Source: a virus (taxonomy: Duplodnaviria; Caudoviricetes). From it: a stretch of DNA of 64,000 bases. The first letter of the stretch is position 1; each line of letters starts with the position of its first letter. The stretch covers positions 3,692-67,691 of IMG/VR virus record IMGVR_UViG_3300042975_000105, one strand, 5' to 3'. Made by a program: the position numbers and the translations under genes. A model generated the notes under the pieces. That model did not search any database. It worked only from the letters and a program-made list of their open reading frames with translations, and was not told the DNA's origin. Shown here one piece after another: positions 40,087-49,783 of the stretch.

Positions 40087-40112
40087 ATTTTGCACACCCC
40101 CGTGTGCAAAAT
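40087..40112. repeat. Perfect 11-bp inverted repeat ATTTTGCACAC-CCCC-GTGTGCAAAAT
   Basis: Direct reading; lies where the recombinase relic breaks off. Confidence 0.85.
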
Positions 40113-40129
40113 AGGATATTGTGGGAAAT

Positions 40130-40360
40130 ATGTTGAAATTCGAGTCATTTCTTCATGGATGTACCTGGCACTCCTTCATCCGAATATACATTAACAAACT
40201 GCCAATCTTTTTTGTTATCGATTCTTTAAAATGCTGAATCTGTAATTCAAAGCTCCCCCCTCTGTGCATCCTCATATGTACTAACTCGGCAATATGCCAC
40301 AACACGAAGATTCCGATGTGCAGTCGCACTTCTCTTATATTAGCAGGAATAGGGTAGTTT
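40130..40360 (-). pseudogene. Large serine recombinase N-terminal relic
   Basis: LRVVAYCRVSTYEDAQRGSFELQIQHF.../WQFVNVYSDEGVPGTSMKK*; frameshifts and a stop. Confidence 0.8.
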
Positions 40361-40435
40361 GCTCTTTGTATATTGAGGATACACAGACTATTGCTATCTG
40401 AATTTTAATTATCTCAGTATAAACATACTACGAAG

Positions 40436-41188
40436 TTAAACTTTGTTTTCTTCACGGATGTCCGTAGGTATTCTCTCACATACTTCGATTAAGGTTTTCG
40501 CATAATCAAATCCTTTTTGCGTAACTGTTTTTTTGTTGACAAAAAGCATAATGGAAACAATACAAAGGACCATAATAATCAGAACAATGTAATCTGGGTA
40601 TGGGTGTAAGAATGCCTGGTTTAGAGAAATTATTCCCTTGAGTATAATTTCTCTAATAGCAATGACTAAGTAAAGAAATAGTGCAATTCTTTTTGTTCCA
40701 TACAGATTTCTCCAAAAATTGTACTCTTTTAATTCTTGATATATCCTTGGTTCTTTATCACGATTTGAATTTGCATAATTTCTAAGAATATTTGTTGCAG
40801 AAATATATTGTTGGTCATCATCTGCATTTTCATTTGATTGGTCCAGTGGAAGATTCAGTCCCCTGAATCTGTTCAATTTTCTATGATAACGTTCTTTTGT
40901 GATGTCATCAAATGTATTATCGGAAAAACGTAGCACAATTGTAGTTGGCATCCCACCTAATTTTGCATACATCTTTTTCTCGTAATCTTTTCCAATGTTC
41001 CTTGCTATTTTGCTGAAAATGGTAAGGAACACAAGACTCAAAAAAATTAGAGTGCCGTTTTCAATCCAACTATACTGTATTATACCTTTGATCAATCCGA
41101 TCATAATAATAGGTGCTAATAACACTATTACTGGCATAACACGAGCGTGAAACGTAAAATCATCAAAAAAGCTCTTAAATTTATCCAT
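40436..41188 (-). CDS. Multi-pass membrane protein, candidate defence effector
   Basis: HARVMP plus two hydrophobic segments, GGMPTTIVLR, YNFWRNL plus two more hydrophobic segments. Confidence 0.75.
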   Translation of the reverse strand: MDKFKSFFDDFTFHARVMPVIVLLAPIIMIGLIKGIIQYSWIENGTLIFLSLVFLTIFSKIARNIGKDYEKKMYAKLGGMPTTIVLRFSDNTFDDITKERYHRKLNRFRGLNLPLDQSNENADDDQQYISATNILRNYANSNRDKEPRIYQELKEYNFWRNLYGTKRIALFLYLVIAIREIILKGIISLNQAFLHPYPDYIVLIIMVLCIVSIMLFVNKKTVTQKGFDYAKTLIEVCERIPTDIREENKV

Positions 41189-41301
41189 TTTTAATCCCGC
41201 ACCTCGACTTGCGATATTTACTTCTTTTTCGCTCCAGTAGATCGTTCTTTTTGATTGTAACTCATTTTATTGATAATATATGGTTCTAAAAACATCTACC
41301 C

Positions 41302-42222
41302 CTATTCATTGTGTGTATTGAAAGATCCAATATAGAACTCACTATCTCTATCACAAAGCCGTTCGTCGGATAAAAAATCTACTGAATAATTAGAATTTGA
41401 TACATATATATGTACTTTCCCTGAACAGCAATCAAAAACAATATCTTTTGCCGAATTCTGAGTGATTGTATTATATCCTTCATAATAGTTCAGATTCTCT
41501 GCTGGCGCTTCGCCGATTACAATTACGCTCGGGTTTAATTTTTTCAAAACATCATTTGGCACTTTGCCTGAATCTCTGCCGTGGTGTGGTGCAAAAAGGA
41601 TATCGATCTCAGGCCATTTTACATGATCCTTAATCTTATTGACGAAATCTTCTTCTATATCCCCCATCCAGATTGCTTTCACTCCTTTTTCAAGAGAATA
41701 AGTAAAGATTGGAGAGATGTTATTAAAGGCGGAACCGTCTTTCGCTTTTTGTAACGCATCTTTATAATCTGAATTCGATGTGATTGGCCATAGAAAATTT
41801 ATTCCAGATGAACCATAGTTTTTTCCTTGAGAGCTGTTATTTTCATTCATCCAACAACGTGAACAACCTTCTTCTACGTAATAGTGATATTCGCCGTCTC
41901 TCAATTTACAGTAATAATTGAAACTTTCACTTGGATCAGATTTTGTGGCCTTATTTTCAACACAATAAAAGTTTACAATTCTGATTTTTTCATCTAAGAA
42001 TTTTAACTCGCAAATATGGTCTTCATCAGGATGAGTAGAAATCACTCGTGTGATATCCTTGTTTTTCTTTTCCGTTACTATTTCATCAACAATATCTTTT
42101 TTATCATTATCATCCAGGCAACAGTCAATAATTGTAAAATTACTTGAATCATGTTTTATATAAAACATGTCTCCTTGTTCTCCGTTAATGTCAGAAACTG
42201 AAAAAGATTTAATCACACTCAT
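41302..42222 (-). CDS. ComEC-like metallo-beta-lactamase-fold hydrolase
   Basis: GDMFYIKH, IIDC, STHPDEDH, WMGD, APHHG; RBS GGAGG before MSVIKSF. Confidence 0.85.
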   Translation of the reverse strand: MSVIKSFSVSDINGEQGDMFYIKHDSSNFTIIDCCLDDNDKKDIVDEIVTEKKNKDITRVISTHPDEDHICELKFLDEKIRIVNFYCVENKATKSDPSESFNYYCKLRDGEYHYYVEEGCSRCWMNENNSSQGKNYGSSGINFLWPITSNSDYKDALQKAKDGSAFNNISPIFTYSLEKGVKAIWMGDIEEDFVNKIKDHVKWPEIDILFAPHHGRDSGKVPNDVLKKLNPSVIVIGEAPAENLNYYEGYNTITQNSAKDIVFDCCSGKVHIYVSNSNYSVDFLSDERLCDRDSEFYIGSFNTHNE

Positions 42223-42326
42223 TTTTATCCCTCCAATTTTTTTAATAGAATCCACTTTTACACTATCTCATGTACTTTTCCCGCTAATGGCAATAAGTCA
42301 ATTACAGTAAACCCCATATCATTTGA

Positions 42327-43490
42327 TCACTTGATCAACTGGTCATTATAATCACCAAATCTCCTTTTATATTCGCTATTTGGATCTCCGTATAATATTC
42401 TATCGTACTCACCAAAGATAAATTCCTGTTTGATTTTCTTTATTTTTTCACTATCATGTAATAATCGCCAAATAGTGACAGTTAATCCACCCAAATCAAT
42501 CTTAGAGAATTTTTTTGTTATAGCAACATAAATTAGGTTTGAACTACTAGCAATTACATTTGAATAATTAACAATCTTAAGTGTCCGAACATGATATATT
42601 CTTCTATCCAAATCTGTTCCGCCCTCAAAAAACATACTATGCAACAATTCAATCATTGAATTAATCAATATAGCATAACCAGCTTGTTTTCCAACTGTAG
42701 CAACATTTGAGACATCTAAGCCAAACTTTGCAAGCTTTGATGCCCATGCAGGATCAATAGATGTTATAATTGGCAATGGCAAACTAGCCTTCGAATCGAC
42801 ATCAGACCTTAAATGAATTATTTCCTTACCTAAAGCTGCGACCACCTTTCTTTTTCCAGCTTGTCCTTCATGAAGTAACTTATTCGTAGTTTTGGTCACA
42901 ACCATATAAGTACTTGCATTTTGGTCAAAAAAATCTTTTTTGCTTTCATTTGTATGAACATGAAAAGATTCATAATCTGTTGTAGTAACAGTTGCCGTTG
43001 CAATATTAGCTGTTCCAAATATCAATCCTAATAATGGATCATGTCCCAGAGTCTTCCCTCTATGCCCAAACTTGCCACCACCTGCTAATACACCATCAGA
43101 ACCAATAATAGCATCAAAAGGTACTGGATTTTTAATAATTTCTTCCAAGCTTGGTTCATAATATCTGTGTTCCCGATTAGAATGCTCCGTTTCATGACCA
43201 AACGTATTACTTGCAGCTTCATCATCTTTAAGCCTAATCGGAAACTTCGTTAGCAAGTATTGCCTTGCAATCTGTAAACCAATTGCAAGAAATAAAAACG
43301 TTACATCTTGACTCGTCAAACCGGTCTTCTTTTCAAACTCATAATCTAAGTCTGACAATAGGTTTTCAGTATTAGACATAACATTATGAACACGCTCGGT
43401 TTCATTATAAAGTATCTCAAAATTCTTATTGTTTTCAGCTGAAATTTTTTTGATTTCTGCTAATCGTGCCATTATTTTCTCACTACTCAT
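42327..43490 (-). CDS. Uncharacterised protein (HRxxTLGHDP motif)
   Basis: 387-aa AT-rich ORF; coiled-coil N-terminus; ATG abuts the upstream stop. Confidence 0.75.
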   Translation of the reverse strand: MSSEKIMARLAEIKKISAENNKNFEILYNETERVHNVMSNTENLLSDLDYEFEKKTGLTSQDVTFLFLAIGLQIARQYLLTKFPIRLKDDEAASNTFGHETEHSNREHRYYEPSLEEIIKNPVPFDAIIGSDGVLAGGGKFGHRGKTLGHDPLLGLIFGTANIATATVTTTDYESFHVHTNESKKDFFDQNASTYMVVTKTTNKLLHEGQAGKRKVVAALGKEIIHLRSDVDSKASLPLPIITSIDPAWASKLAKFGLDVSNVATVGKQAGYAILINSMIELLHSMFFEGGTDLDRRIYHVRTLKIVNYSNVIASSSNLIYVAITKKFSKIDLGGLTVTIWRLLHDSEKIKKIKQEFIFGEYDRILYGDPNSEYKRRFGDYNDQLIK

Positions 43491-44186
43491 CTACTTCCCC
43501 CCTCTAATTGTACAAATATTTAAAAGAAGGCGTTTCTCTAACACTCGAGTTTCAAGTTCTACATTTTCTAGAACAGCTTTATTATAAAGAGCACTATACA
43601 TTTTTTCTTCTTGACCTGCTTTTTTACACATCTTTCCCATATTTTCACTAAGAGGTTGTATCACTTTTAAAAATTTTTCCTTAGCTTTTATGTATCCTTC
43701 TAATTCAGATTTTTTTATCTTATTGCTTCTGTGATTCTCAAATAAGGAAAATAAGCCAAGCACTCCACAAACAGGGAAAAGGGGAATTCCGGCAAACGTT
43801 GTAGCAGACAATGCTCCTATGCCAATACTACTTAACCCAGTATTTGCACTTACTCCGGATGCAAGTGATGCCCATGTAATATCAATCCCCACGATATCAC
43901 TCTCATTAAGTTTTTTTGTTAATAAGTTATCTTCTTTTTCCAATTCATTTAGATGATTGTCTAGCTCGGTAATTCTTTTAGTATAATCTTCTTCTGTTTC
44001 TAACTTGCCATTTTTTTCATATTTAATATTATCTTGTAGTTTAGCAATTATCGGTTCATATTTTTTTGAAGCTCTAGCGTATCCGCTTTCCTTCGCGGGC
44101 GTTTCAACATCTTCAATAAACCCTCTGTATACTTTGTAAGCTACTGAACCAACAATAGTTGCAGCAATAATAAATGGCAATGGCAT
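43491..44186 (-). CDS. Uncharacterised coiled-coil protein with a Gly/Ala-rich hydrophobic hairpin
   Basis: MPLPFIIAATIVG N-terminus; LASGVSANTGLSSIGIGALSATTFAGIPLFPVCGVLGLFSLF. Confidence 0.72.
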   Translation of the reverse strand: MPLPFIIAATIVGSVAYKVYRGFIEDVETPAKESGYARASKKYEPIIAKLQDNIKYEKNGKLETEEDYTKRITELDNHLNELEKEDNLLTKKLNESDIVGIDITWASLASGVSANTGLSSIGIGALSATTFAGIPLFPVCGVLGLFSLFENHRSNKIKKSELEGYIKAKEKFLKVIQPLSENMGKMCKKAGQEEKMYSALYNKAVLENVELETRVLEKRLLLNICTIRGGK

Positions 44187-44324
44187 AAACTGTTCCCCCT
44201 TTAACTTTTTGCACCATTCATAATTTAGCGCATAGTATTTATCTATAGAAATTATTATTTATTGTTTCTATCAATATTGCATATATCAAGTCTATTATTT
44301 ATATGTACATTATTAAAGCTTATG

Positions 44325-44420
44325 TCACAGTACTTTGCGAAGAATAATTTCAAATTTTGTGTTAGCCCCATGTATATGCAACATGATTTTATGATGCTGT
44401 TCTTGAGTAATATTATCCAT
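44325..44420 (-). pseudogene. vsr: Very-short-patch repair endonuclease relic
   Basis: RBS GGGGAG then MDNITQEQHHKIMLHIHGANTKFEIILRKVL*, matching the Vsr N-terminus with TGA where Trp is expected. Confidence 0.7.
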
Positions 44421-44678
44421 TGATTTTCTCCCCAAATACTTTCCATGTATTGGTATTAATATAAATATAATGTTCCTCATTACACATTTTGTCAATCATA
44501 TCGCATTATTTTCCCATAGTTATATACAATAGGCACTCTGCAACGTATGCAAAGCACCTATTGGTTTACATCTGTATTTTTATTTCAACATCAGCCCTGA
44601 ACGTTTCTACATAATGTATTATAAAGAACCGTTGCAATAACTTCCAGTCCATTTATTTTAGAAAACCATCATCTTGAC

Positions 44679-46256
44679 TTATATTTTTATTTCCGTTCCA
44701 TCCTTAAATGCCACCCGAATATCATTTTTACTGTAAACTGTAATGTAATCGACCAAGCTGCACCACAGACGTTTATCAAATTCTCCTATCAGGTTCTGGC
44801 CCTTAAGATTATCGATAAAAACTCCCAATTGCTCATTTCGTAACCGGCGATCTTGGATTTTTGCAGTAACCGCTTCGTATTGTTCCTTTGTCTTGTCATA
44901 TCGACTGACGAGACTATCGTAACGTTCCTGGTATTCCGTTTGGTCTTGGGAAACCCGTGCATTTTCAGCGATACAATTTTCCGTCATATTAGTAAGTGCA
45001 ATCAGATCCTGATTCAGCCGTTCTTGTTCGCTTTCAAGATTTGCCGTATCACACAGTTGTTCCCGTATCAGTTGTATATTGGAAATGATTTCCTTCTTAT
45101 TCCCCACCAATTTATTCACGGCTTTTACAAAAATAGCTTTGATATCTTCTTCGGTAAGATGCGGCGTTTTGCAGTGATGCTTGAATTTATTATTGCAGCG
45201 GTAGATAGTCCTGCGATATTTATCGTTGGAATGCCAGACTTTAGCTCCGTACCAGCTGCCGCAGTCGCCACATTTTATCTTCGACGAAAAAATACTGACA
45301 CCGCTGTGCCGCTTGCCGCCACGTCTTTTTACTTCTTCCTGTGCTAAGTCAAATACCTGCGGACTGATGATGGCTTCATGATCATTTTCCACATAGTACT
45401 GCGGCACCTCGCCATGATTTGCTTTTGTTTTCTTGGTCAGGAAATCTACCGTATAGCGTTTCTGGAGAAGCGCATCGCCTTTATATTTCTCATTTGTAAG
45501 AATACTTCTGACAGTGCTTGGACTCCATACATCGCACCCTGCCGGAGTTTTAATACCCTGTTCCGTCAAATCACTGGCAATGGAATGAAACGTATAGCCG
45601 CTAAGATACAGCCTGTAAATCAGCTTCACGATCTTTGCCTGTTCCTTGTTGACAACCAAATTGCCGTCCGGCCCTTTGTCATACCCAAGAAACTGTTTGA
45701 ACGGTACGCTGACCTTACCATCGGCAAAACGTTTCCGTTGGCCCCATGTCGTGTTCTCGGAAATGCTCCGGCTTTCTTCCTGGGCAAGCGAGGACATGAT
45801 GGTGATGAGCAGTTCGCCCTTGGCATCAAGCGTCCAGATATTTTCCTTCTCGAAATAAACCTCAATCCCCTTATCCTTAAGTTTTCGCACCGTTGTCAGG
45901 CTATCCACGGTATTTCTGGCAAACCGGCTGACAGATTTTGTGATAATAAGATCAATCTTATTATCCAGTGCATCCCTTACCATCGTATTGAACCCGTCAC
46001 GATGACGGGTATTGGTTGCCGAGATTCCTTCATCCGTGTATATACCAACAAACTCCCAGTCGTTCCTGCCCTTAATATATGAGGTGTAATAATCAACCTG
46101 TGCTTCATAGCTCGTCACCTGATCTTCATGGTCTGTCGATACACGGGCATACCCCGCCACTCTTCGTTTCCGGTGACTATTGATGGGTTCTGCCGTGTAG
46201 CGGCTGATGACTGCCGGAATGGTATGTACTCTTCGCGCTTCCACTATTTTTTCCAT
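44679..46256 (-). CDS. Large serine recombinase
   Basis: VAGYARVST, KSVSRFARN, NEKYKGD, Zn ribbon CGDCG...YRC. Confidence 0.95.
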   Translation of the reverse strand: MEKIVEARRVHTIPAVISRYTAEPINSHRKRRVAGYARVSTDHEDQVTSYEAQVDYYTSYIKGRNDWEFVGIYTDEGISATNTRHRDGFNTMVRDALDNKIDLIITKSVSRFARNTVDSLTTVRKLKDKGIEVYFEKENIWTLDAKGELLITIMSSLAQEESRSISENTTWGQRKRFADGKVSVPFKQFLGYDKGPDGNLVVNKEQAKIVKLIYRLYLSGYTFHSIASDLTEQGIKTPAGCDVWSPSTVRSILTNEKYKGDALLQKRYTVDFLTKKTKANHGEVPQYYVENDHEAIISPQVFDLAQEEVKRRGGKRHSGVSIFSSKIKCGDCGSWYGAKVWHSNDKYRRTIYRCNNKFKHHCKTPHLTEEDIKAIFVKAVNKLVGNKKEIISNIQLIREQLCDTANLESEQERLNQDLIALTNMTENCIAENARVSQDQTEYQERYDSLVSRYDKTKEQYEAVTAKIQDRRLRNEQLGVFIDNLKGQNLIGEFDKRLWCSLVDYITVYSKNDIRVAFKDGTEIKI

Positions 46257-46270
46257 CTCCCTTCATGTGT

Positions 46271-47920
46271 TCAGCAATTTTCCGTTTTAACCGGTGGCCA
46301 GCGGCAGCTTTTTCTTCTGCCATCGGTAAAACAAAATGTCAGCTCATCAGCTTTTCCAGTTTCAATATGGTCTATCTGTTTTCGGAATTCGGCATCATCA
46401 AATGCTGGCAGTCCGAGTACCGTTGCTGCCATCTGCTTCAATGGATCTTCCCGTATACCCGGAATCTTGCAGGATTTTCCCGAGAGCTTACATCGCCAGT
46501 AAGCGACGCTTCCGTTTTTCCGCTTATCCAGACAGCGTTTGAAACATATATGGCATTGAACGCATAGAATCCGATCTGTAAAGACAGAATATCGTTCCGA
46601 TTTCCCACTCATCCGGTACTGCGTCGTCCATGCCTGCTGTCTGTCCTTGAGTTCTTTCGTCCAGCATTCCTTGCTTGCAGTTGATACCCAGTGCCGGACA
46701 ATTCTCCGGTCATCTTTCATGTTAAATATCATGACATGATATTCCGGTACGGTAATTGTATCGACTTTTTCAAGAAATATGTTTTTATCAAAGTTCTGCA
46801 ATCCAAGAACAGCCGCGCATTCCCGTTCCAGTACGATTTGCGGGATAGTTCCTTTTGCGCCACAGTTTTTCCCTTTATATTTATGGGATGTACATCCCCA
46901 GTACCCGATATGCCGCCCTTTATATTTCCGTTTGCTACTGACGTAACTTTTTCCACAAATACCGCATTTTATTTTTCCCGTAAAGCATGTCGTATGTAGT
47001 GATTTGTTAGCAAATGGCCCTAATTGGCACCGACGTGCCATTTCCTTCTGTATATAATCGAACGTTTCCTTATCAATGATAGCTTCATGAGTATTTTCGA
47101 CAAAATACTGTGGTTTTTCGCCACGGTTTTTCCGTTCTTTTTTAGTAATAGGATCTTCTATATATGTTTTCTGAAGCAGGAGATTACCGGTATAGGTAAT
47201 ATTGGTAAGTACCTGCTTGATGCTGGGATCACCCCAGTTATTACCATGCCTAGTTTTGATGCCCTTCGCCGCAAGCTCCCGTCTTGTCTCAACCCGTGAT
47301 TTTCCGTCAAGAAAATTTTGATATATTCGCTTTACAACAGCTGCTTCTTCAGAAACAATTACGAGTTTATCCCCTTCCCATCGATAGCCATATATAAAGA
47401 ACTTTGCAGGCGGCATGCCCTGTTGAAACCGTTTATGCACCCGCCATTTGATATTCTCGCTGATGGATCGGCTTTCTTCCTGGGCAAAGGATGCAAGGAT
47501 TGTCAGCATCAACTCACCTTCGCCACTCAGAGTATGAATGTTTTCCTTTTCAAACCATACTTCGACACCGATATCCTTTAAATGGCGTACCGTGTTCAAA
47601 AGGTCAACCGTATTTCTTGCAAAACGCTGAATGGCTTTTGTAAGGATAATATCGATTTTTCCTGCTTCTGAAGCAGCAATCATTTCGTTGAATGCATCCC
47701 GTTTCGCCATTCCTGTACCGGAAATGCCATAGTCTGCATAGACACCGGCATATTCCCATTCAGGATTCTTCTGGATAAGGCCGCTATAATAGCTGACCTG
47801 TGCAGAAAGTGAATGCTGCATCCGTTCCGATTCTACGGAAACACGGGCATAGGCTGCTACTTTCTTTTGCTTTCTGAACGGCGATACCTGATGCTCGACT
47901 TTGAGGATTGTCTTTCGCAT
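46271..47920 (-). CDS. Large serine recombinase with extended Zn-ribbon C-terminus
   Basis: VAAYARVS, KAIQRFARN, NITYTG, CGICG and CVQC motifs. Confidence 0.95.
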   Translation of the reverse strand: MRKTILKVEHQVSPFRKQKKVAAYARVSVESERMQHSLSAQVSYYSGLIQKNPEWEYAGVYADYGISGTGMAKRDAFNEMIAASEAGKIDIILTKAIQRFARNTVDLLNTVRHLKDIGVEVWFEKENIHTLSGEGELMLTILASFAQEESRSISENIKWRVHKRFQQGMPPAKFFIYGYRWEGDKLVIVSEEAAVVKRIYQNFLDGKSRVETRRELAAKGIKTRHGNNWGDPSIKQVLTNITYTGNLLLQKTYIEDPITKKERKNRGEKPQYFVENTHEAIIDKETFDYIQKEMARRCQLGPFANKSLHTTCFTGKIKCGICGKSYVSSKRKYKGRHIGYWGCTSHKYKGKNCGAKGTIPQIVLERECAAVLGLQNFDKNIFLEKVDTITVPEYHVMIFNMKDDRRIVRHWVSTASKECWTKELKDRQQAWTTQYRMSGKSERYSVFTDRILCVQCHICFKRCLDKRKNGSVAYWRCKLSGKSCKIPGIREDPLKQMAATVLGLPAFDDAEFRKQIDHIETGKADELTFCFTDGRRKSCRWPPVKTENC

Positions 47921-47944
47921 AGAATTCACTCCTTTCCAACACTA

Positions 47945-47974
47945 TATATCACTCTGTTTGATACAATTATCAAG
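47945..47974 (-). promoter_or_regulatory. CTTGATA-N12-AGAGTGATATA motif upstream of the recombinases
   Basis: One-mismatch copy of the motif at 19375, 20258 and 53232. Confidence 0.62.
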
Positions 47975-48131
47975 TGTATAAAGAGCCGGAAAAAGGATGA
48001 TATTTTTCGAGCATCTGGCGCTCTGCCATATGATATTCGCTCTCCGTGATAAGTTTTTCATCGCGCATCAACTGCATCAGATGCAATGTCATCAGGAACA
48101 GCGCTTCATTTTGAAATGTTTTCTTATCCAT
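47970..48131 (-). CDS. SHOCT-like small protein of the recombinase cassette
   Basis: LMRDEKLITESEYHMAERQMLEKYHP. Confidence 0.7.
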   Translation of the reverse strand: MDKKTFQNEALFLMTLHLMQLMRDEKLITESEYHMAERQMLEKYHPFSGSLYT

Positions 48132-48516
48132 GACGGTCTCCGCCGAAACGGTATTCAATATAACACGCATGGGAGCAGAACTTCCGATGGCTGTTGCCGT
48201 AGACCATGAATCCCTTCCCGCAAGCCGGACAGGTATAGGTGTAGACTGCCTTCCGCTTCACCAGCTCCAGATGTGCGTTCCACCACTTGTTCCGGCAGGC
48301 ATCGCAGCAGAACCGTTTCCGCTTCCGCCCCGGATTCTGGGCAATGGGCTTTCCGCACTGCTCGCAGACCGCCCCATTTGTTCTGGTTGCCAGACTGTGC
48401 CGCCGGCAGAACGACTTCACCGTATTGATGGAAATTTGGAGCTGCGCCGCTATCCTGCCATACCCTGCCCCATCCCGGCGCAAGGCAATGATCTGTTGTT
48501 TCTGTTCGTCCGTCAT
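48124..48516 (-). CDS. HTH plus zinc-finger protein (candidate recombination directionality factor)
   Basis: N-terminal HTH, CEQCG...FCCDAC...CPACG...FCSHAC. Confidence 0.75.
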   Translation of the reverse strand: MTDEQKQQIIALRRDGAGYGRIAAQLQISINTVKSFCRRHSLATRTNGAVCEQCGKPIAQNPGRKRKRFCCDACRNKWWNAHLELVKRKAVYTYTCPACGKGFMVYGNSHRKFCSHACYIEYRFGGDRHG

Positions 48517-48548
48517 GATGGACACCTCCTGAAAATTTGGTCTTCAGG

Positions 48549-48580
48549 AGTAACAGGACAGAACAGCTATCGTTAAGTAC
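48549..48580 (-). promoter_or_regulatory. GTACTTAA-N12-TGTCCTGTTACT motif heading the recombinase cassette
   Basis: Exact match to the element-1 copies. Confidence 0.8.
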
Positions 48581-48704
48581 TTCGATGTAAAATTTAATAG
48601 AAATCTTAGTTATTTCAAAATGAAATATTTTTCTTTGTCCTGTTCAATCTTGACTTTATAGTCATATGATGACTATAATAAACATACTACACTGGTTTTT
48701 ATAA

Positions 48705-49535
48705 TTTAAGTGCAATAGATCCTAGACAACAAAATAAAAATGACACATAGACTTCTTTGTTAGCACGGTGTTTGAAAAAACTACCCTATAGCAAAGAAGA
48801 ACCTATGTGTCACTACACACATCTGATGCCAATTGAGTACGGAAAGGTACTCTTTGTTCTTGCAGGCGGTAAATCTATTACGAAAACTGCCCATCTGTTG
48901 AAGCTGAGCAAGGATACTGTCTCGCGGAAACTTTGTCTCAATGCGGTATCCACTGACCAGTCCATGCCATACTGCCCATGCAATACACAAGCTCTCTACG
49001 AGTAGCATAGAACGGTCTATCACCCACATAAGTACCTGAAAATGCGGCACTGCATTCTTGGGCTTATGCTCATTCTGGAGTACCACTGGTTACTTGAGGA
49101 AATTGTTGAAGGTATCCAACTAGAACATGGCTACCGTCCTGTCAGTGTCCCAACCATCCACTGCTCTATCTACGCAGGCCTGCTGAATCCATACGGACTT
49201 TCAGCGAAATTCATGTTCTGGAAACTGCATCATCACGGAAAGCGGCATCGCAAAAAGAAAGAAATTCTCGAAACATGCTCAGCTCAGAAAGAACCTAAAA
49301 TTTGTGACGTTCTACTTTATTGCCCCACGTCCTCAATCAATGGAAGCGCAGAACCAATGAAAACACCAATAAGCCTCTATAGGAGTTCTTCCCCAAAGGC
49401 AAGGATGTCACGGACACGCCGAGGGATCACATCTAACGGAAGTACCATAAGCTGAACCTAAGCCCTAGGAAGTGCCTTTGCTACAAAACACCATATGAGG
49501 TCTATGTCTCAAAGGTGTTGCACTTACCTTGATAA
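48705..49535 (+). pseudogene. Degenerate, internally deleted IS30-family element
   Basis: HYTHL...HTH...VS..TI..IY.G and QWKRRTNENTNKPL*EFFPKG fragments; end remnants TAAGTGCAA (~48717) and TTGCACTTA (~49518). Confidence 0.75.
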
Positions 49536-49567
49536 TTCACCCCGTAAAAGAAGGAGGGGATAACATT

Positions 49568-49783
49568 ATGCCATATAATCGATACAAAAATACTCAAAAA
49601 AGAAAAAATTATCTATTAGCGCATAATAAGAAGAAATATGACAGGGTATCTATAATACTGCCGAAAGGAACAAAAGAAAAAATAAAAAGGCTAGCTAATA
49701 AATCTAGCTTAAATCATTTTATAAATACGGCCATATATGAAAAAATAAAACTTATGGAACAGGATGGTACAAATGACTTATAA
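49568..49783 (+). CDS. Ribbon-helix-helix protein upstream of the methylase
   Basis: KKYDRVSIILPKGTKEKIK..A...SLNHFINTAI; RBS AAGGAGG; overlaps the MTase start. Confidence 0.75.
   Translation: MPYNRYKNTQKRKNYLLAHNKKKYDRVSIILPKGTKEKIKRLANKSSLNHFINTAIYEKIKLMEQDGTNDL

Noticed and set aside
41189-41301. Possible cyclase remnant between the MBL and membrane genes
   Set aside because: The 26-codon open stretch upstream of the ATG has no nucleotidyltransferase motif I can recognise
44255-44446. 63-aa track ORF MESIWGENQ...
   Set aside because: No RBS or motif; the overlapping frame with a good RBS matches a Vsr relic
48636-48646. TGTCCTGTT on the plus strand as a fifth copy of the bipartite promoter
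   Set aside because: Half-site only; no GTACTTAA 12 nt upstream
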